A program made the position numbers and the translations under genes. From positions 10,075-74,074 of the forward strand of contig CAZLHU010000002.1 of the NCBI GenBank assembly GCA_964559765.1: a DNA stretch of 64,000 bases, given 5' to 3'. The notes under the pieces are model-generated. The model worked only from the letters and a program-made list of their open reading frames with translations. It was not told the origin of the DNA and ran no database searches. Positions 56,592 through 64,000 of this stretch are shown in pieces (position 1 is the stretch's first letter; every line of letters begins with the position of its first letter). Source of the DNA: an uncultured Candidatus Saccharibacteria bacterium. Its GTDB lineage: Bacteria > Patescibacteriota > Minisyncoccia > UBA6257 > Colwellbacteraceae.

Positions 56592-58127
56592 CTATTCCTC
56601 CGGATCCTCTTTTGATTCGGAGTCGGGATTTATGGGCGCCTCGTCCGGCTTAATATCACCATCCATAGATCCGTCTGCTTTATCGGAAGGACCGACGGAT
56701 TTGCTCAAAAGTTTTCGGAGCTCGTCCAGATCGGCGGCCTTGCGCACTTTGCGGTGCGGAGATTCCTCTTCCGCATTGGATTTGAGTATGTCGAGATGCT
56801 GCTCGGTGCGTCGCTCTGCCTTATCGCTCACATCGCTGCTTCCGGAATGCAGCTCCTCGTCGATCTTTTTGTCGACAGCCTCCTTCGGCGATCCGTAGCG
56901 CGTGCGGCTCATCTGTATTATGTCCTCGGACAGCGGGCTTTCCGGCAATGGCGGCGGGGGCAGGGTTTGCGCCGAGAATGGCTTGGAGGCCGTTCCATCT
57001 ATGAGAAGTTTTATATAAACGTGATATTTGCTCAGATTGACCAGGTCATTCTCGGTGAAGGTAGGCATGAATTCCCTCTCCAAGAATCTGGCGTCATCCG
57101 CTCCGACCCTGAATACGACCATCGTGCCGACGTTGCCGAAAACCGCGTCGCGAACTTTGCTGTTTTGTCCGGTGATCAGCTGTGCGATGTATTGATGGGC
57201 CAATACGAGATTCAGTCTGTATTTGCGGGCCTCGGAGAGTATGTTGGCGAATGATTCCGTAGAGAAGTTCTGGAACTCGTCGATGTATAAATAAAAGTCT
57301 TCTCTCTCGGCCTCAGGTATATCCACGCGGCTCATTGCTGCAAGCTGCATCTTAGTGACGAGCATCGCCCCAAGCAGTTCGGAATTATCCTCGCCCACCC
57401 TTCCCTTTGACAGGTTGGCGATGAATATCTTCTTCTCGTCCATAATCTTCCTTAGATCTATGGTCGAATGCGGCTGGCCGATGATCCTGCGGATTATGGG
57501 GTTGGACACGAACTGTCCGACTTTGTTCAATATTGCGGCTGTGGCTTCGGTCTCAAATCGCTGGGTATAGCGAGAGAACTCGTTGATCCAGAAGTTCTTC
57601 ACCACCGGGTCGGAAAGATGGCTCACCACCTCATTGCGATACGCCTTGTCGGTAAGTATGCGCATGACCCCGAGAAGAGTGGACCCGGGATATTCAAGCA
57701 GTGAAAGCAATGTGTTGTTGAGGATGTACTCCATCCTGGCAGACCAGGCATCGATCCAGATCTTCTTGAACACGCCCATCAAGCCGGAGGCCACAAGATG
57801 ATGGTACTCCTCCCCTACTCGCTCGAGCGGGTTAAACCCGACAGGATGTTCGACGTCAGCCGGATTGAAGTAGACCACGTCTTCCACGCGCTCCGGCGGA
57901 ACGAATTTGAGTATGCGCTCGGCGAATTCGCCGTGAGGATCGATTACGCCAACCCCGCGACCGGCTAGAATGTCGGCGACCACCATATTCTCCATCAGGG
58001 TCGTCTTGCCGCTCCCGGTTTTACCTATCACATAGACATGCTGTCTGCGGTCGATTTTCTTTATGCCGAAGACCACATTTTTATTATGTGCGGTCGTCTG
58101 GCCGATAACTGTTAAGTCCTTGTCCAT
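56592..58127 (-). CDS. TraG/TraD/VirD4 (TrwB)-family type-IV-coupling-protein-like P-loop ATPase, soluble (no TM), acidic C-terminal tail
   Basis: Walker A VIGKTGSGKTT followed by GVIDPHGE (TrwB: VIVDPNGD). Walker B LYIDEFQNF. NLVLAHQYIAQL motif. Tail PDSESKEDPEE. Confidence 0.65.
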   Translation of the reverse strand: MDKDLTVIGQTTAHNKNVVFGIKKIDRRQHVYVIGKTGSGKTTLMENMVVADILAGRGVGVIDPHGEFAERILKFVPPERVEDVVYFNPADVEHPVGFNPLERVGEEYHHLVASGLMGVFKKIWIDAWSARMEYILNNTLLSLLEYPGSTLLGVMRILTDKAYRNEVVSHLSDPVVKNFWINEFSRYTQRFETEATAAILNKVGQFVSNPIIRRIIGQPHSTIDLRKIMDEKKIFIANLSKGRVGEDNSELLGAMLVTKMQLAAMSRVDIPEAEREDFYLYIDEFQNFSTESFANILSEARKYRLNLVLAHQYIAQLITGQNSKVRDAVFGNVGTMVVFRVGADDARFLEREFMPTFTENDLVNLSKYHVYIKLLIDGTASKPFSAQTLPPPPLPESPLSEDIIQMSRTRYGSPKEAVDKKIDEELHSGSSDVSDKAERRTEQHLDILKSNAEEESPHRKVRKAADLDELRKLLSKSVGPSDKADGSMDGDIKPDEAPINPDSESKEDPEE

Positions 58128-58195
58128 ACTGATTTTTAATTATAAGCCAGGATTGCCTGTCATCTGATTTGATTATACCACCAGACGCGGATTAT

Positions 58196-59443
58196 CTATT
58201 CGGTCACTTCCGGCAAATTCGTAGGCGGAGCGCCCCGCTTCATTTCCAAACGGGTCAGCTTCTCGGCGCCGACCGTCGAATGCGGCGGATGGTACATAGT
58301 AGCCAGCTCCTCGGTGCAGATCATAAGCGGCTTTTTGGACAAGCTGCGCTTGCAGTAGTTTTGGAAAAGGCTCTTTTTTGATTCCAACTCCTTTTTTTCT
58401 TTGCCGAAGTTCTTCTCTATGAAGGTCATCTTAACGTCATCCAGTTTGAAGCTGTTCAGTTGAGGGCTGCCGAACTGGCGCAATGCCCCGACGACCGCTG
58501 ACATATTGCCCTTAACGAAAGAGCTGCGTCGGTCCAAATACAGAGCGCGGACTGTAGCCTCGAACACGAACTTGGCGCGCTTGTTCTCTATGGCCCGAAC
58601 TACGTCGTTCTCTCCGGGAGATATTGATTTGCCGGCAGGCTTATCATCCTTCTTGGGCGGTTTCGCGCCCGGATGTTCGAACAGCCCAGAAATCACGTCG
58701 ACGATCAAAAATTTTAATATGCCGAAAATGTGGTCGGATAGCTTCTTAGGCTTAACCTTGGCCTTGCGTCCCAAAAGCTCGTCCAGAACCCCTTGGGAGT
58801 CCTTTTCCCATTTCTTAACCTTGTCCTTATCCGCCAGCGGATGAATGACGATCTGCGTCCAGATCATCTCGTCATCCTTAAGCGTGGACATAGTCTCTAC
58901 GATCGTAGCGATGGGGTCTATATAATATTCGTCTTTCCTACTCTCGTCGAAAGAAGGATACGTGCGTAAGGGGTAAGCGCCGTCGCGGCTGAACACCAGT
59001 TCTGAACCGGCGATGTCATAGTTCTCGTCCGGCAGATCGGTGCCAAACCGGCCCACGTAATCCTCGGTCGGAGTAATTTCCGCACCAGGATACTGCGAGA
59101 ACACCGCTGATTCCAAAAGCTTGCGGAGATGGTCCGGCAAACGGATATAGAAATGCGTGCTCTCCGAAAAGCCGACTATTTCAAAAGACATCAGGTCCTC
59201 GCTGGGAATGGCATGCAAGGTGGCGAATACTTGTTCCATGGCCTGAGGCGATTTCAAATTGTCCGCTGGGATCTTGAGCTCCAATGTCGCCCAGTTAAGA
59301 CCGCTATCATGCTCCTCCTGCTTCTGCTTGGCCTTATATTTTTTAACCATATCGCGGATGGTAATAAAAAACGCGAATAGGATACCGATCCCAAACGCGA
59401 CAACAACCACCTGTTCAACTATATTTATGATTTGTTGTGGCAT
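58196..59443 (-). CDS. N-terminally anchored membrane protein of unknown function, operonic with the T4CP-like ATPase
   Basis: One TM helix (VVVVAFGIGILFAFFITI), Lys-rich linkers, no recognisable family. Its start abuts the upstream stop (59443/59444). Confidence 0.55.
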   Translation of the reverse strand: MPQQIINIVEQVVVVAFGIGILFAFFITIRDMVKKYKAKQKQEEHDSGLNWATLELKIPADNLKSPQAMEQVFATLHAIPSEDLMSFEIVGFSESTHFYIRLPDHLRKLLESAVFSQYPGAEITPTEDYVGRFGTDLPDENYDIAGSELVFSRDGAYPLRTYPSFDESRKDEYYIDPIATIVETMSTLKDDEMIWTQIVIHPLADKDKVKKWEKDSQGVLDELLGRKAKVKPKKLSDHIFGILKFLIVDVISGLFEHPGAKPPKKDDKPAGKSISPGENDVVRAIENKRAKFVFEATVRALYLDRRSSFVKGNMSAVVGALRQFGSPQLNSFKLDDVKMTFIEKNFGKEKKELESKKSLFQNYCKRSLSKKPLMICTEELATMYHPPHSTVGAEKLTRLEMKRGAPPTNLPEVTE

Positions 59444-60286
59444 CTAGCTCTTAGAAGACTCCTTCAAGCCGTACGTACCGCGACGCACTAACACGAACCT
59501 AGGATCCTTAATAAGTTCATTGTGGACCGTCTGGTGATGGACGTCCTTATCGCTAAGGGCATTGACCCTGGTGGCAACTTCTTTGAAGTGCAGCGGCTCC
59601 TTCGACTTCATCAAGACAAGATAGCTCTTGTCCCTGACCGTCTTGGGATTTATGTGTATCCATTTATCCGAGCCTAGGTCCCCATATGGCCCGATCTTGA
59701 AATGCTTCGAGATCGATAGATAGTTCAATATGACCGGTTCGGTAAGATTGTATTTGTTGGAAGTGGCGCTTAGGAATGAGTCGAAGTCGTTGCTGTTATT
59801 CGAAGCCAATGCTTCAGCGACTTTCCTAGCGATCTTGTATGCTTTTTCGTCACGGTGCCACACATCGTGTAGCTCGTCGTCGCCTTCGACAAACTCAGGC
59901 GAATCTATCATGTCGGCCAATAAGCGCAGGTTATTCGCGAAACGCTTCAACGACCCGGCATCGCCGAATAACGAATGCAGGTCTGCCGTAAGTAGGTCGT
60001 GTCGGCGTACATTTCCCACGTTCTGCAGATATCCGTCTATGAAGCCGATCAGGTACTCCAAATCACTGTCACCCTTTAAAGAGTCGATCAGCGACTTTAT
60101 CGCATTGGATTCGATCTGACGGACACGTTCCCTGGTCAGGTCATAAGATAAGCCCAACTCAGCGAGAGTCTTGGAACTGTTGCCAGAAAGACCATAACGG
60201 CCGGCCAATATTTTTGCTGAACGTCGATCTAGGCCCTCTAAGGCCTTATCAACCAATTTTTGGACATCTACCGACTTAGATTTCAT
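59444..60286 (-). CDS. Sigma-70 region-4-type HTH DNA-binding protein (not a complete sigma factor) with an unknown ~200-aa C-terminal domain
   Basis: LDRRSAKILAGRYGL..KTLAELGLSYDLTRERVRQIESNAIKSL matches the sigma70 region 4 pattern. Confidence 0.6.
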   Translation of the reverse strand: MKSKSVDVQKLVDKALEGLDRRSAKILAGRYGLSGNSSKTLAELGLSYDLTRERVRQIESNAIKSLIDSLKGDSDLEYLIGFIDGYLQNVGNVRRHDLLTADLHSLFGDAGSLKRFANNLRLLADMIDSPEFVEGDDELHDVWHRDEKAYKIARKVAEALASNNSNDFDSFLSATSNKYNLTEPVILNYLSISKHFKIGPYGDLGSDKWIHINPKTVRDKSYLVLMKSKEPLHFKEVATRVNALSDKDVHHQTVHNELIKDPRFVLVRRGTYGLKESSKS

Positions 60287-60292
60287 GTGAAT

Positions 60293-60321
60293 AAATTACA
60301 ATTTTCTAATGATATTGTCAA
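60293..60321 (-). promoter_or_regulatory. Candidate sigma70-type promoter for the 59444..60286 operon; predicts a leaderless transcript
   Basis: Minus strand: TTGACA (60321-60316), 17-bp spacer, TAATTT (60298-60293), 6 nt, then ATG (60286). Confidence 0.45.
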
Positions 60322-60366
60322 GGATAGATAGAGCCGAAGCGTCGGTTTTACCCAACTAATCCTGCG

Positions 60367-61272
60367 TTAGGCTTTCTTCTTATTCTTCCAATTATTCCAA
60401 GTGACAAGCAGAGGGCTTGCAATCAGAATTGAAGAATAGGCGCCTACCGTCGTACCGACAAGTATGGTCAGGACGAAATATTTCAAACTTAACGGCCCTA
60501 ATAAGTATATAGCAAGTAGGACTAAAATCAGAGTAAGGGACGTGCTGACCGAACGCCTGAAGGTCTCATTTATACTGCGGTTGACTATGCTTCCAAAGTC
60601 CTCTCTTCCACGGTATTTGACCAGGTTCTCTCTTACTCGATCGAAGACCACGATGGTGTCATGAACCGAGAATCCCATGACAACCAGAAGCGCAACTAAG
60701 AAGTTGGAATCCGCGGCTACGCCAAAGTATCTTCCCAGAATAGCGTATAGCCCGGCTGGTATGACCACGTCATGGAATAGAGTGATAAGGGTCAGAGCCC
60801 CGTATTTCCACGAACTGATAGGTTGCGAAACTTTTCGGAAGGCGAAGGATATGAACAGGGATATGAAAACCAACACAAGGATTATTGCCCATACGGCGTT
60901 CTGCTCCAACTGGCTGGAGATCGTAGGAGATACGCTGGAGAAAGAGACGTCCTGCACTCCGCTGCCGAACTTGTCCTGTATCTGGGTTAGATACTGTTGG
61001 CGGCTCGCCTCAGAGATGACGTTCATCGTTATCGAATAGGTGCTGCTCTGGGAATCCAAAGCGACGGTCTCAACGCTCTGATTTAACGTGGAAGTGAAGA
61101 AATCCTTTACCGTGGCGATGTTCGTGTTGGGGATCTGAACTTCCCATATGGAACCGCTCTTGAAATCTATTCCGAGGCGGAATCCAAACAGCGCTATCGC
61201 GGATATAGCTACGACAACCATTATGGTTGAGATCCAATAGAATACTTTTCTGTGTCCGACGTAATTGATCAT
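60367..61272 (-). CDS. secF: Protein-export membrane protein SecF
   Basis: Six-TM SecF topology, position after secD. Confidence 0.85.
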   Translation of the reverse strand: MINYVGHRKVFYWISTIMVVVAISAIALFGFRLGIDFKSGSIWEVQIPNTNIATVKDFFTSTLNQSVETVALDSQSSTYSITMNVISEASRQQYLTQIQDKFGSGVQDVSFSSVSPTISSQLEQNAVWAIILVLVFISLFISFAFRKVSQPISSWKYGALTLITLFHDVVIPAGLYAILGRYFGVAADSNFLVALLVVMGFSVHDTIVVFDRVRENLVKYRGREDFGSIVNRSINETFRRSVSTSLTLILVLLAIYLLGPLSLKYFVLTILVGTTVGAYSSILIASPLLVTWNNWKNKKKA

Positions 61273-61277
61273 TGTAA

Positions 61278-62552
61278 TTATTTTTCCATGAATACCTCCA
61301 ACATGGCCCTGGTCACGAATATGGCCGAGAACATGCTGATTATGACGCCGAGACCCAGGGTTAGGGCGAAACCTTTAACGAAACTTGAAGTTAAGAAATA
61401 GAGGATGGTCGCCGTAATGATGGTACTTATATTCGAGTCACGGATTGAAGGCCAAGCCCTCCGGAACCCCTCTTCAATGGCAACATGCCAGTTTGAGCCC
61501 TTCTTAACCTCTTCCTTGGAGCGTTCGAAGATAAGGATGTTTGCGTCGACGGCCATACCTATCGAGAGAATGACGCCGGCGATTCCAGCCAGAGTGAGGG
61601 TGAATCCTCCGGGTATCAGGAATTTGAACAGTCCTAATGACAAAGAAGTGTAGATGAGCAACGCGCATGATGCGAACAGCCCCAAAACGCCATACGAAAG
61701 AAGCATGAATAATATGACGGCTAGGGTGCCTATCCCCCCAGCCACCAATATCTGATGCAACGCATTGTCCGCCGCCGTGGCGCTTACGGTCTCTTCGCTT
61801 ACTAGTTTTATAGGAGCGGCCAGGGCGCCGGCGTTGAACCTTTCAGCAAGCTGCTGAGCGACGGTCGCGGTCACGCCCGATCCGCTGATTTGAGCCTGAC
61901 CACTGGTTATCGCCGAATTTATTATCGGGCAAGACATGTTTGTGTCGCCGGGGAAGATAAGATTGCCGTCGACGAGTATGCAAAGCGGCTTATTGATGTT
62001 GTTGCTGGTTATCTGGGAGAAGATCTGAGAACCCTGGTCGTTAAGGTTAAAAGTGAAAATCGGGTTGTTATTCTGATCAAAGCTCAGGGCAGCGTTCGTT
62101 ATATAACGACCGGTAAGCTGGGTTAGCGCCAGATTTTCCGTACTGCTGCCGGTGGTGCTGGTCGCAATCTGGACCAATCCGAACTGCAAGGTCGGAAGCT
62201 GTCCTATTTCATTTACCGCATCGGATAGGTTCTTGACCCCGGGCAGATCAACCAGCAATTGATAATTGTTGTTGTTCTGGGCCACGGTAACCTGGGCATC
62301 GGAAACGCCGTATAAGTCTATGCGTTTCGTAAGAACGTCCTGTAAGCCGTTCACCACGGAGCTGTAATCGGCCGGAGCGACAGAAGACAAATCTATGTCA
62401 TATACGAGTGACGTACCTCCGGCTAAGTCCAAACCATACCTCCAAGGGCTCACGCTTTTGCTCCACCTATTGGGATATATAAATACAGCCGAGACGATGG
62501 CTATAACAATGATGATTATTAGTACTATAAAATTGGATTTCCAAGTTTTCAT
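61278..62552 (-). CDS. secD: Protein-export membrane protein SecD
   Basis: N-terminal TM, large periplasmic-type domain, C-terminal six-TM bundle. Confidence 0.85.
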   Translation of the reverse strand: MKTWKSNFIVLIIIIVIAIVSAVFIYPNRWSKSVSPWRYGLDLAGGTSLVYDIDLSSVAPADYSSVVNGLQDVLTKRIDLYGVSDAQVTVAQNNNNYQLLVDLPGVKNLSDAVNEIGQLPTLQFGLVQIATSTTGSSTENLALTQLTGRYITNAALSFDQNNNPIFTFNLNDQGSQIFSQITSNNINKPLCILVDGNLIFPGDTNMSCPIINSAITSGQAQISGSGVTATVAQQLAERFNAGALAAPIKLVSEETVSATAADNALHQILVAGGIGTLAVILFMLLSYGVLGLFASCALLIYTSLSLGLFKFLIPGGFTLTLAGIAGVILSIGMAVDANILIFERSKEEVKKGSNWHVAIEEGFRRAWPSIRDSNISTIITATILYFLTSSFVKGFALTLGLGVIISMFSAIFVTRAMLEVFMEK

Positions 62553-62571
62553 AATTTATCAGAAATGATTC

Positions 62572-62647
62572 TGGTGCCCCCAGCAGGGATCGAACCTGCG
62601 ACCGTCTCCTTAAAAGGGAGCTGCTCTACCGACTGAGCTATAGGGGC
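62572..62647 (-). tRNA. tRNA-Lys (anticodon UUU), CCA encoded
   Basis: Reverse complement is GCCCCTATAGCTCAGTCGGTAGAGCAGCTCCCTTTTAAGGAGACGGTCGCAGGTTCGATCCCTGCTGGGGGCACCA. Anticodon loop CTTTTAA. T-loop TTCGATC. Confidence 0.8.
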
Positions 62648-62746
62648 GGCTCTTCGGTCCCTTACCTAAGTAAATAGCAAACTACTATTTCCTTCATATC
62701 CTTCGCCGACTGCTACCGAATCAGGGCTAAGAAACTGTATCACAAA

Positions 62747-63811
62747 TTACTCTTCTCCGAGTAGTTTTTCAAGTTCTTCGGCCAGTTTCTTGGCTTTGGA
62801 ATCGAGTTTCGGGGTCTTGATCTTTATATGTATGAAAAGGTCCCCGCTCCTCGAGACGCCCTCCCCCGATACCCTGAGCTCCTTGGCCACATCGAATCCA
62901 GCTGGTATTTGCACCGTAAGCTCTTTGCCGCCCAGGCCGACTACCTTGCGTTTTTTACCTAGCAGTATGTCCGTTATCGGCACCTCCAGCTGCATATATA
63001 GGCTATCTCCCCTACGCTCGAATACGGGATGTCTCTTAATACCGACTCTGACATACAAATCGCCCGCTTCGGTCTTGCGCTCGCCGGCCTCCCCCATTCC
63101 CTTAACTTTTATGATCTGGCCGTCAGTAACGCCTGGACGTATTTCCAATTTAACGGACCTGAATCCTTTTTTCCTGCCCTCGCCCTTGCAGTTAGGGCAC
63201 AGTTCTACGGGGATCTCTCCGGTACCGCGGCATTCCGGACAGGAAACGACCTGAACGAAGTTGCCGAATATCGTATTTCTTGATTCGCGAATCTCTCCCC
63301 TGCCGGCGCAATACTCGCACTTCTTAACGCCCTTATCGGCCTTATAGCCGAGGCCCTTGCAGACATCGCAGACAACCTTTGTCTCAAACTCAAGATTCAT
63401 AGACTTGCCCGCCCTCGCTTCTTCGAGGGTTATCTCCACGCCTAATTGCAGATCGGCGCCATGGTCATAGCTCTTCCGGCGCGGCCTGACCCCCATTCCC
63501 TCGAAGAAAGATTCGAAGATATCGCCGAAGTCGCCCATGTTATTGAAGTCGTTCATGTTTACGTCCCAGTTAAAGCCGCCCGGGCCGGCAGTAGGACCTC
63601 CGCCATCGGAGACCCTGCCGAAACGGTCATACTCAGCTTTTTTCCTGGCGTCGGAAAGAATCTGATAAGCTTCGTTTATTTCCTTGAACTTGGTCTCGTC
63701 TCCGCCCACTTTGTCGGGGTGATATTTGTGGGCCATCTGACGGTAGGCCTTCTTTATATCCTCGGCGGAGGCGTTGCGAGACACACCTAAAATTTCGTAA
63801 TAGTCCTTCAT
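62747..63811 (-). CDS. dnaJ: Chaperone DnaJ
   Basis: J domain with HPD (KYHPDK), Gly-rich linker, four CxxCxGxG zinc-finger repeats. Confidence 0.9.
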   Translation of the reverse strand: MKDYYEILGVSRNASAEDIKKAYRQMAHKYHPDKVGGDETKFKEINEAYQILSDARKKAEYDRFGRVSDGGGPTAGPGGFNWDVNMNDFNNMGDFGDIFESFFEGMGVRPRRKSYDHGADLQLGVEITLEEARAGKSMNLEFETKVVCDVCKGLGYKADKGVKKCEYCAGRGEIRESRNTIFGNFVQVVSCPECRGTGEIPVELCPNCKGEGRKKGFRSVKLEIRPGVTDGQIIKVKGMGEAGERKTEAGDLYVRVGIKRHPVFERRGDSLYMQLEVPITDILLGKKRKVVGLGGKELTVQIPAGFDVAKELRVSGEGVSRSGDLFIHIKIKTPKLDSKAKKLAEELEKLLGEE

Positions 63812-63817
63812 ATTATT

Positions 63818-64000
63818 TTATTGCAACGTCACGACCTCGTGGCTGCGCGATTCCATCTGCACCTCCGCGAACTTGGTCATAACCAAGAATTCGAATATGA
63901 GGAAAGCGATTACCGTCAGCACGTAGGCAAGTATCGTGGCCAGCAACAGAACGGTGGACCACAGGATGATGTATAGGGATAAAATCACTATCAATTTCAT
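63818..64000 (-). CDS. Small hydrophobic membrane protein, possibly 5'-truncated by the window edge
   Basis: ORF starts exactly at the last window base; two hydrophobic helices. Confidence 0.3.
   Translation of the reverse strand: MKLIVILSLYIILWSTVLLLATILAYVLTVIAFLIFEFLVMTKFAEVQMESRSHEVVTLQ

Noticed and set aside
60331-60350. Small hairpin ccga-agcg-tcgg downstream of secF as a possible secF terminator
   Set aside because: Only a 4-bp stem and no U-tract on the transcribed (minus) strand; too weak to call.
1-64000. Mobile elements, prophage, CRISPR-Cas, restriction-modification or toxin-antitoxin systems
   Set aside because: I found no transposase or integrase motifs, no spacer-repeat arrays, no methyltransferase/endonuclease pairs and no short paired ORFs with TA-like features. 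The only island-like signal is the tRNA-Pro-adjacent envelope/signalling locus.

Overview
This 64 kb chromosomal window is almost entirely coding on the minus strand. By inference from gene content only, the host looks like a small-genome, Gram-positive-like or CPR/Patescibacteria-type bacterium: r-proteins are short, L30 is absent, AspRS lacks the GAD domain, and there are many huge surface proteins with sortase/LPXTG. Contents in order: (1) a >1130-aa glycine-rich surface protein running off the 5' edge, then RNase H1, a DHH phosphoesterase and pgk; (2) a block of five secreted or membrane-anchored PKD-like hypothetical proteins ending at a bidirectional terminator; (3) GtrA-like, SIMPL, tpiA, DedA and galT; (4) a cell-shape/wall block mreB-mreC-mreD-PBP2, plus proS, rseP, frr, holB, a second mreB paralog, murA, and a lone plus-strand PEGA protein; (5) a complete str/S10/spc ribosomal cluster (rpsL-rpsG-fusA-tuf-rpsJ through rplO-secY-adk-map) with structured RNA elements after tuf and between rpsJ and rplC; (6) M50 protease, divergent rpmB, tRNA-Pro(GGG), then a ~7 kb accessory-looking locus: sortase, two CheY-like receivers, a repeat-rich cytoplasmic histidine kinase, a 48-aa membrane peptide, an LPXTG ice-binding-like surface protein and a translationally coupled membrane/toastrack pair; (7) efp, HD hydrolase, ndk, GAD-less aspS, CobO-like adenosyltransferase, mnmA; (8) a three-gene operon of a sigma70-region-4 HTH protein, a membrane protein and a TraG/VirD4-like ATPase with an acidic tail, preceded by a perfect -35 promoter that predicts a leaderless mRNA; (9) secD-secF, tRNA-Lys(UUU), dnaJ. 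No CRISPR array, transposase or restriction-modification system was seen.
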